NCBI GenBank assembly: GCA_964016885.1
Contig: OZ024741.1
Location: 150,288,001 to 150,352,000, forward strand
Origin: Eledone cirrhosa
Lineage: Eukaryota
Direction of reading: 5' to 3'
Length of the DNA stretch: 64,000 bases
Made by a program: the position numbers and the translations under genes. Below the pieces are notes generated by a model that did no database searches, had not been told where the DNA came from, and was given only the letters and a program-made list of their open reading frames with translations. Shown here one piece after another: positions 14,480 to 29,204 of this stretch; positions within the stretch are counted from its first letter, which is position 1, and the number at the start of each line of letters is the position of its first letter.

Positions 14480-14610
14480 GTCGTGGAGGTGCCACGGTAA
14501 AAAAGCACCCAGCCCACACTGTAAAGTGGACATGTAGGCACCGCGGAAAAAAAAAGCACCCACTACTCACTGTAAATGAGGTTGGTGTTAGGAAGGGCAT
14601 CCAGCTGTAT
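14480..14610 (+). mobile_element. SINE/RTE-type 3' fragment
   Basis: AAAAGCACCC...CACTGTAAA duplicated, then GGTTGGTGTTAGGAAGGGCATCCAGCTGTA, resembling RTE-related SINE tails. Confidence 0.45.
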
Positions 14611-14614
14611 GTAT

Positions 14615-15090
14615 GTATGTTCTTCTGGTTTTATAATTTCACAAAGTGTTACCAATAGAGAGAGAGTCGGTTTCTAACATAGACACAAGACTCTCTCATT
14701 GGAATTTACACAACGTCAACTAGGTAGATATGTATGTATGCATGCATGTGTAGATATGGATGTTATTGTATGTGTGGATGTGTATGTTTTGAGTTGTATG
14801 TGTGCATGTATATATGCTTTGCATCTGTACATGTGTATATGCAGTTATTAGATGCAAAATTTTTGGAATGTTTTACATATTTTTACTGTTCCATTAATGG
14901 ATTGTACTTGTAATTTCCTAACTAGTTGTGTTCTTTCTGTTCCTGTGAAGCCTAGCTTCTCAATATTTGTATTGAGTCAGTTACTAAGATACCCCAGTAC
15001 CCCAATAATCACAGGAATAAATCTGAAGGTGTAATCAGGGTGGAGTATCTGCAGATTTCTCATCAGTTCTGCATAAATATTCTCCTTTTC
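14615..15090 (-). mobile_element. 3' fragment of RLE-type non-LTR retrotransposon in (TACA)n
   Basis: KENIYAELMRNLQILHPDYTFRFIPVIIGVLG resembles the C-terminus of RLE endonucleases. Confidence 0.55.
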
Positions 15091-15177
15091 ATGTATGTAT
15101 GTATGTATGTATGTATGTATGTATGTATGTATGTATGTATGTATGTATGTATGTATGTATGTATGTATGTATGTATG

Positions 15178-15486
15178 TTCTTCTTTTTCGTAAATATCAT
15201 CTTGGTTAAGAGAGTGGGACTGGCTTTGTGCAGTGCCTTTGCTTACTATAAAAGCTTCACGGCACAGGCATTGCTTTATATCTGGAGATCTCTCTGCACT
15301 TGTCGTCACATGGTACCATGGGCCCAGCACTATGTGTCAATAATTGTCATAAGTGTAGTGTTTGTACCAGAGTTTTCAAGTCGCTGGCTGGACTAAAAAG
15401 TCACACTCGTTCAGCGCATCGGTAGGGGTTCTCCTACATGGATATAAAGTAGTGGCCGTACTCAAAAACGAGTTGGCAGCCACCAT
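15178..15486 (+). mobile_element. RTE-related ~600-bp non-autonomous element, 5'-truncated copy
   Basis: Identical family to 15562-16153, 20586-21139, 25554-26160 and 27349-27958; ends GGCAGCCACCAT then (ATGT)n. Confidence 0.8.
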
Positions 15487-15561
15487 GTATGTATGTATGT
15501 ATGTATGTATGTATGTATGTATGTATGTATGTATGTATGTATGTACATACATATATATATA

Positions 15562-16153
15562 TGGTGGCTGCCAACTCGTTTTCGAGTACGGCCACTACTT
15601 TATATCCATGTAGGAGAACCCTACCGATGCGCTGAACGAGTGTGACTTTTTAGTCCAGCCAGCGACTTGAAAACTCTGGTACAAACACGACACTTGTGAC
15701 AATTATTGACACATAGTGCTGGGCCCATGGTACCATGTGACGACAAGTGCAGAGAGATCTCCAGATATAAAGCAATGCCTGTGCCGTGAAGCTTTTATAG
15801 TGAGCAAAGGCACTGCACAAAGCCAGTCCCACTCTCTTAACCAAGATGATATTTACAAAAAAGAAGAACAAGTCAACATCATTGGATACAATCAGGGTTG
15901 CAGGTGTTATATAAGAGTTTTCCTTCTCCTAGAATTCTGCCTTGACAAAGGCTAAGGGGTCATCTCTCCCGGTGATTTTGGATGGCCATTGACTCTTAAG
16001 AGCTCCTTTTCCCTCTGACAGGTTTTGTTTTTATTCCTGCAGGATGTCCAAAGTCACCCTCCTCACCAAGAAACCTTGGTGGGGTTGCCAGTTTAGTCGC
16101 CAACGACCCGACCATGAGACAGGTTGTACTGGGATACATGTTACCAGTAGCAC
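15562..16153 (-). mobile_element. RTE-related ~600-bp non-autonomous element
   Basis: Family repeat; sense strand has CTAGGAGAAGGAAAACTCT, a motif typical of RTE 5' regions; 3' end abuts microsatellite. Confidence 0.8.
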
Positions 16154-16886
16154 CATATATATATACATACATTCATACATACAAAGAGCGGAAGAACTCA
16201 TAAGAGTCAACGGCCATCCGAAAGTGTGTAAATATGTATATACACCTGTACCGCGCGGTTAAACCACTGGGAGTGAAGGACCCCTAGCCTTTGTCAGGGC
16301 ATTCTTCTAGGAGAAGGCAACTCAGGAAACTGGGATAACTCTGATATAAAACCTGCGGCTCAGTAGTTACCGATGATGTTGATCTTTTCTTCTTTTCAGG
16401 TTATAGCTATTGTCGCCCAGACAGTGGGATTGGCTCAGTGCACAGTCTTTCCTCTCTTTAAAAAATAGCTTCACGCACAGGCATTGCACGATAGAGTTAA
16501 TTAATAATAATTAGTAATGGTATATCGTGCAATGGCGATACTCGATAACGAGGGGGCAGCCATCATCATGTATGTATGTATGTACGTTTGTTGTATGTAT
16601 GCATGCATGTATTGATATATTTATGTATCTATATATATATCCCTCTCTTTCTCTATCTTTCTTTCTTTCTCTCTCCCTCTCTTTCTCTCTCTCTCTGTAT
16701 ATATATATATATATACATACAAACTTATGTATATGTATTATACGTATATATATGTATATATATATATCCATATACATATAAATATTGTTTATACTCACAC
16801 ACACATATATATACATATATGTACATCTAGCTCCCCCTCTCTCTCTATATATATATATTGATATGTCTGCGTGTATGCGTGTATGC

Positions 16887-16986
<100 letters not shown>

Positions 16987-17311
16987 TTAAGGGTACTATT
17001 TATGGTTATGTATGCAATAAAACCTTTAATGGTAATATATTATATATATACAAACCCTAAATAGTGAGAGATATTCGTTAATTACTATCCTATTACCAGT
17101 AAGATAAATAGCTCAATGTAATAACATCATGTTTATCTTTATTTTCACTCTTATTTTCACTCTTGTTTTTATTTTATTTTTATCCTGTAACCTTTATATG
17201 TAAATTGCCATGCTATATCATTTGATGAATGTCACCCCACTGTTGATCAATATGCGCATATGTTTTATGTGTCTCTTGGGTTGAAAAGGAGGTCAAGTAT
17301 GTTATAAATAG

Positions 17312-17360
17312 TTGCTCCGAAGAATCCAAACCTCGGTTTGGAGGAAACAATTGTAAGCAA
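17312..17360 (+). ncRNA. Type-I hammerhead ribozyme, C4 core variant
   Basis: TTGCT-CCGAAGA-A-TCCAAAC-CTCG-GTTTGGA-G-GAAA-CAATTG-TA-AGCAA. Confidence 0.7.
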
Positions 17361-17386
17361 ATAAATGACTTAAACTGAACTTACTG

Positions 17387-17538
<152 letters not shown>

Positions 17539-17836
17539 GAAGAGATTTCATTCAGATTTAGAATCCGACTGTCCGTCATCTTGTATGCGGATATTAGATA
17601 TTAAACTAACAAGAGAGAGTCAAACGAGATATATCGTTGCTATAACACTTGAGGTATTCTTGCTTCTTAAAGGACCATGATTCAACAACCGGGAAACAGC
17701 CAGAAGCATTCATAGCTTGTTCAAGGGTGCGGAACAAAATGGATGACAGATGAGCGTTGAAGAGTTTATGATACCCTCTCTGCATCCCCACATTCTATCT
17801 CTCACACGAAAACCTGAACACACACACACACACACG

Positions 17837-17885
<49 letters not shown>

Positions 17886-18126
17886 CCTCCACTCCTCCCC
17901 GGCAGTCACTATATATATATATACATGGTCTGTTATCTATTCATTTCTAATAAATGTTTCATGTATTTATTTCGCTTTTTGTGGAAAGACACCGTAGATT
18001 TTTCTGTGACTGAGGAAGTTGAAATGCGGCTGTATATAACATTTAACATTTCTGTGTGTACATTTTCTGCTGATAAAACACACACATATAGTATATTTAA
18101 TATGAGATATGTAATAAAGGCCGGTA

Positions 18127-18670
18127 CAATGCGGTAGAAATATATAAAGGGCAAAGGATTACAAAACAAAACAAAATAATGTTTTACCCAGTATATTTCA
18201 ATATATTTCAGGGCTATTACTATCGTTTCAAGTGTGAAACGGAAACTGTTCAAAACAAAAACGAACGGTCGATGTGCTCTTCCTTAACTGGTCTACATGT
18301 CTGAAATACACATGCGTGAGGTCGTTATCGTAGCCAATCTGCTTCTTGCATTTCCAGTCTATTATTTATCTGTGTTTTTCTGGTTGATGATAATGGCCTC
18401 TTTGATTCTTAAATTGTCCACATTCCTTTCCTCTATGGTAATCTGAATATCTTGGTTGCGCCATCTCTCAAGATGTGTTTTTTTTTAACAGAAGAAGCTC
18501 TCGTCATCATGTGCTCCTTGATTCGTATGTTCAGTATCCAGACGGTACTTCCGATGTACTAAGAGAGTTTCTTTTGTTTAAAACATCTTGTTGAAATACA
18601 GTGGGTAAAACATTACTTTGTTTTGTATTACTTGTCATCCTTAGCTCTTTATATATCTCTACCCCGCATT
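18127..18670 (-). mobile_element. 5'-truncated PLE (GIY-YIG C-terminus) with inverted terminal segment
   Basis: Minus strand reads YIGSTVWILNIRIKEH...NLRIKEAIII; 18127-18200 is an inverted match to ~18590-18670. Confidence 0.65.
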
Positions 18671-19085
18671 TCTCTGAAATCATCATAGGCTTGTGAAATA
18701 AATATGATATGCAATCAAAATAATAATTATTATCCGACATTCGTTTGAGAAGCCCATAGTATCGATGAAACCCCGAAGTAAACACAGATAAGAGAAATAT
18801 GTTCCTCGGAACTTTCTGCGTATAAGAAATCAGCAACTCACAGTGAATTTACTGTACCATACTCATACCAACATTTGGACTACTTGATTGGATCAATTGA
18901 CTTAAATTATCTCCATAAATATAATTAGAATAAATCTGAACTATACTACAAATGCGACATCATATTCCCTCCCCAAGAAATAGACTAATTAATTAAGACT
19001 CTGATTTCACATATTTACTGTTGGTCACGCGATGTATCATGTGCTTAAATCATGTACTCCTCACTTCAAATTTGGCCACGTTGTT

Positions 19086-19140
<55 letters not shown>

Positions 19141-19234
19141 TATATCGAATAATAATATTCGATTCGTTTGTATATATATATATATACATGTATATATATA
19201 TATAAACGAATCGAATATTTTTATTTGATATAAC

Positions 19235-19303
<69 letters not shown>

Positions 19304-19813
19304 AATAGGGAGACACAAGGCAGAAGGCAGGCTTTGTTTACAAACGGCTAGCAAATTTGAAAATTAGATAGTAGCATGTGCTTAGGCCGTATTTGACTAA
19401 ATAGATTAAGTCTGCTAGTTGGGATTTTAAAAAACCCTCCGAATGGAAAAAAACATGAGTATTGACGAACATGGGACACGAACCTAAATCTTTGGTTTGC
19501 TGGATGTTACCAATACAACAACACGCCACCCATGCTCACTAGCATTCAATTAGAAGCTACATAGCCATAGTAGGTATATATATATGTATATAGAGATAGG
19601 GAGGGACAAAGATAGTAACATGTGCTTACGCCGTATTTCACTACATAGAATTAGTCTGTTAGTTGGGATTTAAAAAATCTCCCCTATGTTCACTCTGAGA
19701 AGCAATTTCTTAATTACTTCATCATTGAGTGCTTCGTGACAGTCTTCGAAATTCAATCGGATGCGTATCTGCTACTTGCAGCTGCAACTTCGTATATATT
19801 CATTACTATTATA

Positions 19814-20360
<547 letters not shown>

Positions 20361-20382
20361 ATACATATATATATATATGTAT

Positions 20383-20427
<45 letters not shown>

Positions 20428-20433
20428 GTATAA

Positions 20434-21139
<706 letters not shown>

Positions 21140-21150
21140 ATACACACACA

Positions 21151-21246
<96 letters not shown>

Positions 21247-21271
21247 CATACATACATACATATATATATAT

Positions 21272-21723
21272 CACATGGCTGAATACAATAAATCTAATCT
21301 GAATTTTTCGAATATTAAAAATTGTTTCTACTTTAGGCACAAGGCCAGCAATTACCCAGTGCATTACTGGTACTTTATTTTATCGACCCCGTAAGGATGA
21401 AAGGCAAAGTCAACCTCGGCGGGATTTGAACTCAGATCGTAAAGGGACGTAACTATGCTGGAAAGCATGGCGTCCGACCCTCTACTGATACTGCCAATCC
21501 ACTGTAAACAGAACTGCAGACACTAATGTTTCTGGTGAAGAGTGATACCCAGAAACATTAGTGCCTGCAGTTCTGCTTACATGCCAACACAAGAGCAAGA
21601 ATAAAAGTTTCATTCTACTGACATGGCTATAAAAATGAAGCTTGTTTGCGAAATTGCAAACGAATCGAATGTTATTATTAATATTCGAAAAATTCAGATT
21701 ACATTTATTGTATTCAGCCATGT
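21272..21723. mobile_element. Foldback element with ~46-bp inverted ends, interrupted by a SINE (21320-21502, -)
   Basis: ACATGGCTGAATACAATAAAT... / ...ATTTATTGTATTCAGCCATGT; internal ~27-bp hairpin at 21508-21577. Confidence 0.7.
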
Positions 21724-21821
21724 AGAGCGAAAATTATATATATATATATATATATATTATTGGAAAGTGAGGTTTTTTTACAAAATGAAAAATAACCGAG
21801 GTGTCCTACACGAGTGAAAGT

Positions 21822-22026
21822 ATAAAGAAAAAGAGATGAAATCGAAAATGCAACTGGAGTCTTATTTAAAAAAAAATATATATATTTATTTGGTTCCTTT
21901 ACCGGTTTCGCAGTTTTTCTACTTTTGAAAAGCAGAAAAACTGCGAAACCGGTAAAGGAACCAAATAAATATATATATTTTTTTAAAAATAAGACTCCAG
22001 TTGCATTTTCGATTTCATCTCTTTTT

Positions 22027-22032
<6 letters not shown>
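21822..22032. repeat. ~100-bp-arm near-perfect palindrome
   Basis: Arms fold around ~21920-21933; contains GAAACCGGTA (hammerhead 3' half). Confidence 0.9.
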
Positions 22033-22089
<57 letters not shown>

Positions 22090-22348
22090 AAAAAGTATGA
22101 CCACGACGGCTTGAGCTCTGCCGTCGGTCATACTTTTTCCTCTCTACTACCCTAAGTATTGAGTACTCTGGTGCGTTATGGTCCATCTGGTTCCTAACCA
22201 CAATTCCTTCGTTTTATATATATATATATATATGCGTTATGTCTTTGAGAAAGACTTTATTTCACGTTGCTCCATCTGCCTGGATTTGCGACCGATTTGT
22301 TTCATCGGTCCGATTTGAGAAGGTCTAGGATCTTATCGGTCAACTGTC

Positions 22349-22390
<42 letters not shown>

Positions 22391-22435
22391 CATATATATA
22401 TATTTATATACACACACATACATGCATATATATAT

Positions 22436-22548
<113 letters not shown>

Positions 22549-23047
22549 GCCTACCTGCCGCAAGCAACTAATCACATCCTTTCTAACTTGACCGCTGCCA
22601 CGTCACGATTCTTAGCCATTTTTGAATGTATTTTTGGCGCGATCACTTTGGTAAATTTCCAGTTCGCTCATGATGATTCCGAAGCTCTGGACATTCCCTA
22701 TTATCGGATGTCTTAAAATACGGATGAAACCATGGTAGAGGTAATTAGGTATGTACGCAATTCTTCTAAGTTCAATTTTACACCTAATTGTGTTTAGTTG
22801 ACTCTATATCTGGTCGATGTTTACATGCTGTCGAAATGTTAGATAAATACTCTATCGTAGCCACCGCGAAGGGGCTGCTTTCGGTTATTTGTCGGAGATT
22901 TCTTCATAGGAGCCTTTATTCTTATAGCTTGGTCTAATTGATTTGTTATATGGTTAATTATACTAATTGGGAGAGGAAATGGTATATATTATATCTAGTG
23001 ATACTAAAGACATATTTTATGATATATATATATATTTATATATATAT

Positions 23048-23157
<110 letters not shown>

Positions 23158-23293
23158 ATATGTGTATACAGGAAAGAGAAGTTGAAAATGCAATTGAACT
23201 CTTAAAGAAAGTTCATTTACAATAACTTCAACGGTTTCACAAGTTTCATGATTTTCAAAAGTTAAGAGAGATGGAGAGTTCTCTGACTATGTG

Positions 23294-23437
<144 letters not shown>

Positions 23438-23475
23438 TAGATACATGGATGCATACACCGAGTCGGCAGTCACCT

Positions 23476-23531
<56 letters not shown>

Positions 23532-23586
23532 AGAAAATCATTTCTGCAAGATGCAGTCACCTTACCTTGAACTATGAACACTATAA

Positions 23587-23690
23587 TCTTTCTGATGAAA
23601 TGCAATATTTTATGTAATGCTTGCGATTGAGCATAATAATATTCAATTAGCGCCCATAGAATGATATTGTATTGAAACATATGTGAAAGA
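23587..23690 (+). ncRNA. Hammerhead ribozyme fold with GUG (non-cleavable) site
   Basis: TCTTT-CTGATGA-AATGCAATATT...GATATTGTATT-GAAA-CATATG-TG-AAAGA. Confidence 0.65.
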
Positions 23691-23847
23691 ACGGACTCTA
23701 AATAAATCTTTCTTTTCTAACCTTTACTTCTTGCCTAGTATTTTTTTCCTAGTACTATACTTTTAAATTTATATATATATATACTAAGGAGTTGACGGAC
23801 CCAGCATATTTATTAATGCCAAGACCGGTTGTATCTCAGCGTACTCA

Positions 23848-23955
<108 letters not shown>

Positions 23956-25422
23956 GACTTTAACGCATGATGGAACAGCACCAGCAACCGAAAATGGCTA
24001 CTTCTGGCCTCTACAACACCTTCTGATTGACGAAACAATGGAAGTGGTGGTATTTCAATGTCGCTGGCGTACACGATACTCAAACGAAAGATTCAGCGCT
24101 TATATCAGTTCCGATTTGCACAGGGTGTTGTAGGGGATGAAAATAAAAACATAGGTGCAAAATATACTTACATATCAGATTTAGTGATAAACATTTCTGT
24201 GACCGGTGCGCCAGTCCCTAAATGTATGCAGGCTTTAAACTAACAAATAGTAAAGTTTTAGCCAAATTGAGAAAGACCGCAAACACCGCAGGCTTCTTTC
24301 AGGTATCTACATAACTATGTACACAGACACACCCATACAGGCACACTATTGGATGATCGTTGATTCTCATGTGTTCACTCGCCTTTTGATGGATTTTGTT
24401 TTCCATCACGCAGGTTATCCAAAAATATTCCTCTTACCAAGAAAGCTTGCTAAGTTTTACCGGTTTACTCACCGACGACCCGAGCATGCAACAAGTAGGA
24501 GGCTGGCAATACTTGCGCAGGTGTGAACCGTATCAACAAGATCAACATATAACGGCAAGAACAGCAGTAAGAACAGCAATAAGAAGAACAACAACAATCT
24601 GGCAAATACATTAGGTGGTTATTTCTGAGTTCAAATCCCGCCGAGGTTAACTTTGTCTTTCATCCTTACGGGGTCGATAAAATAAAGTACCAGTAATGTA
24701 CTGGGTAATTGCTGACCTTGTGCCAATAGTAGAAACAATTATCATTTACTATACTGTATTTTACTCAGAATACTTGAATTGATATTACTATGAGATCTCT
24801 TCTACATTTTGCTTCATTTAAAGAATTGGGTGAGTCATAGCAGCCAAATCTTACTCCATAAGTTTTGACAGATCTACCTTGCTTTCTACACCCTTCTGGT
24901 TTTAACTCGAGAGAGGTAGATAGATAGATAGAGATAGAGAGAGATAGAGAGAGAGAGAGGGAGAGATAGACTCTCGTCTGTCTCTTCAAGAACACGAGTA
25001 GCGCCTGGCCAAGGATCAAGGATATCGCTTGCTTATTCTTTATGAATTTCATATTATATATTTCATATGACCTATTCTTGTGAAATCCGTATTTCATGTA
25101 ACATTTATATTACATTAGTTTCTTATTTATTTACATTTTGTTAATTTATTTATTATCTATTTACGAATGCGCTTTCAACAACAGAAGCCAAATAATAGTT
25201 AGGTGAATAATAAAAAAAAGTTTCAACCATCCAAGAATTTACTTATGTAATACATTTTTCTTGACTTCACTTAAACGAATATGGATCAAAAGTTGAAATA
25301 GCAGCCATTTTGAAATTTCGAAGTGATAATGGGTTCCTTGGTTTCTGTGTTACTGCTGAAACATACTTTGAGGTAAATATTTTGGCTGATTCACAAACAC
25401 ACAGATGCGCACATATGTTCAA

Positions 25423-25470
<48 letters not shown>

Positions 25471-25553
25471 GTATATATATGTATATGTATGTATGTGTGT
25501 ATGTATGTATGTATGTATGTATGTATATTTATGTATATATATATATATTTATG

Positions 25554-26160
25554 TCAGGTCACCAGTTGGTACTACTGGTAACATGTATCCCAGTACAACT
25601 TGTCTCATGGTCGGGTCGTTGGCGACTAAACTGGCAACCCACCAAGGTTTCTTGGTGAGGAGGGTGACTTTGGACATCCTGCAGGACTAAAAACAAAACC
25701 TGTCAAAGGGCAAAGGAGCTCTTAAGAGTCAATGGCCATCCAAAATCACCGGGAGAGATGACCCTTTAGCCTTTGTCAAGGCAGAATTCTAGGAGAAGGA
25801 AACTCTGATATAACACCTGCAACCCTGATGGTATCCAATGATGTTGACTTGTTCTTCTTTTTGGTAAATATCATCTTGGTTAAGAGAGTGGGACTGGCTT
25901 TGTGCAGTGCCTTTGCTCACTATAAAAGCTTCACGGCACAGGCATTGCTTTATATCTGGAGATCTCTGTACACTTGTCGTCACATGGTACCATAGGCCCA
26001 GCACTATGTGTCAATAATTGTCACAAGTGTAGTGTTTGTAACAGAGTTTTCAAGTCGCTGGCTGGACTAAAAAGTCACACTTGTTCAGCGCATCGGTAGG
26101 AGTTCGCCTACATGGATATAAAGTAGTGGCCGTACTCGAAAACGAGTTGGCAGCCACCAT
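25554..26160 (+). mobile_element. RTE-related ~600-bp non-autonomous element, apparently full length
   Basis: Starts (TG)TCAGGTCACCAG, the same 5' end as the 27349-27958 copy; ends GGCAGCCACCAT then AT repeat. Confidence 0.82.
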
Positions 26161-26228
26161 AAATATATATATGTGTGTGTGTGTGTGTACGTGTATAAAA
26201 ATATCAATTTTTGCGTATGTATACTTAT

Positions 26229-26306
<78 letters not shown>

Positions 26307-26924
26307 CACACACACACACATATAATTTCAGCGAGATCGTATTTCGGCGGTGGCAAAAGACAAAGCGAAACGCAAATTTCGAGATATGCGGCAAGCGCTC
26401 AATGGACTAAAAGAAGATCAGAGCAATAAACGTACGTTATAGAGTCCAGGCAAAATGAAAACGATGGGCGTGAAGCTATCAGCCATCTGAGCCAAAATAA
26501 ACGAAGCAAGCTTAATAGGTTAACAAAAGAATTTACCTCCTGGAAATTGATGGTAGAATCCAGTGGGTGGTTTCTGTGATACCTATATCAATTATACTGC
26601 TTGCTTTCGTTGTAAGCTTTTGGTATAACGATCGAACAAGGCTGCCATTTCGTCAACAGGTATTTTGTTCTCAGCCGGCCAGCGGGTTCACAATGCAGTA
26701 GTAATGGTGGAGTGACTACCCTGCGTGTTTACCCTGCAAGGGAGGTAACCCCGGTTTTTGGCGATGTATTCAGAATGTGTAAAATTATTGTAAGAATTGC
26801 AAAAAACTTCACAAATCGAAGTAAGCTCTCGACCGGGTTTTTTAAATAAACTTAAGCAATTAATTAGGCAATAGAATTGTCTAATTCTATTGAAACATTT
26901 GAAACATTAGTGATCAACAGAAGC

Positions 26925-27198
26925 GGGAATTGTCCTTGCGTTTGTGTTTTCTCTCACGTTTTCAAAATAATTGTTTCTACTTTTGGCACAAGGCCAGCAA
27001 TTATCCAAGTACATTACTGGTGCCTTATTTTATCGACCCCGTAAGGATGAAAGGCCGAGGTTAACTTTATCTTTCATCCTCACGGGGTCGATAAAATAAA
27101 GCACCATTAATGTACTGGGATAATTGCTGGCCTTGTGCCAAAAGTAGAAACAATTATTTAGAAAACGTGAGAGAAAACACAAATACTAGGACAATTCC
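26925..27198. repeat. Palindrome of SINE 3' half plus ~40 bp of flank
   Basis: ~125-bp arms are reverse complements around ~27055-27072. Confidence 0.88.
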
Positions 27199-27230
27199 CC
27201 ACAGCCCCGTTCTCACTTTTTAAATTTTAA

Positions 27231-27958
<728 letters not shown>

Positions 27959-28181
27959 GGTGCGGAGGGTCGTTTTCTCAGCGGGACGCTGCTCTGCGAC
28001 CTATGGACACCGCGCGCCATCCAGCCCGACGGGAACGGGTCGCGACGACGGATCGAAGGGGAAGTGCGTCCGATGCCGGCACCCCGCGAATCGTAACGCC
28101 GGCGAGGCGGTCGGCGGTCGACCTGTCGAAACGAGAGACCGCCGCCGACGCGATCGCCGACGACGACGGCGCCTTCAAACA

Positions 28182-28252
<71 letters not shown>

Positions 28253-28574
28253 CATACACATATGTAGTGTTGTGAATTTAAAAAAAAAATTATATCTGAA
28301 GTTCGCACAGCACTCAGTTCGAGAGTCGAGTTGCAATACACAAGGTTTGGTTAAATTCACTTGAACCAGGGGAATTATTATTTTTACAGTTCGTCAATTC
28401 TTTGTTACACATATTATTTTGATTAAAGTTCTCCTAGATAGTTCTTATGAAAGGGGAAAGAACTTGACGTGGGTTCAATTGTCAGTTTGGCCCCCTAACA
28501 CCGCTTTCTCAGAAAAAATATCTTACTCTCTTGAACAACGCTAGGAAGAAAAATAGAAAGCAATCAAGGGGCCT

Positions 28575-29204
28575 TGACAACTCTTATGGTCTTAAACTAG
28601 ATAGCCGAAGGCGCATGACTTAGTGGTTAGAGCATTGGGCTTGCAATTGAGAGGTTGTGAGTTCGATTCTCGGACCGGGTGATGTGTTGTGTCTTTGAGC
28701 AAGACACTTTATTTCACCTTGCTCCAGTTTACCCAGCTGTAGAAATGAGTTGCGACGTCACTGGCGCTAGGCTGTATCGGCCATTGTCTTTCCCTTGGAC
28801 AACATCGGTGGCGTGGAGAGGGGAGACCGGTACGCATGGGCGACTACTGGTCTTCCACAAAACAAACCTTGCCCAGGCTTGTGGCTCGGAGGGAAACTTT
28901 CTAGGTGCAAAACCTTGGTCATTCGTGACCGAGTGGGACCTCTCTCTTAGATAACTGAACCACATCTTTCAGATGTCACTAGACATCATATGTAAACAAA
29001 CAAACATTGTGTATACATGTGCTCATGTGCGGTGATCCTATACAATAGCACGTCATTCTTTATATCAACTTTATTTTCTCAATGCTTTGTAAGAGTACGA
29101 GTGATCGGCGACATATACATAATGTTTCTTTGTTTACATACGATGTTTGTTGACAACTGAAAGCTGTGGTTCAGCTATATATTTTAAGACGGTAAGAGTT
29201 GTCA
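28575..29204. mobile_element. MITE-like foldback element interrupted by a SINE
   Basis: TGACAACTCTTA...TAAGAGTTGTCA ends; ~100-bp imperfect inverted arms. Confidence 0.65.
28609..28947 (+). mobile_element. tRNA-derived CORE-like SINE
   Basis: A-box TGACTTAGTGG, B-box GAGTTCGATTC, CORE-like GTGTCTTTGAGCAAGACACTT; imperfect TSD TAGATAGCCGAA/TAGATAACTGAA. Confidence 0.8.

Noticed and set aside
22845-22915. Minus-strand ATGAAGA...GAAA hammerhead-like string
   Set aside because: Core mismatch and no convincing stem I or II
23223-23264. Minus-strand hammerhead-like TAACTT-TTGAAAA...GAAACCGTTG-AAGTTA
   Set aside because: Stem I is good, but stems II and III are poor and there is no NUH site; at best a relic
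28609-28680. tRNA gene
   Set aside because: It is a SINE head continuing into a CORE-like body, with no proper acceptor stem
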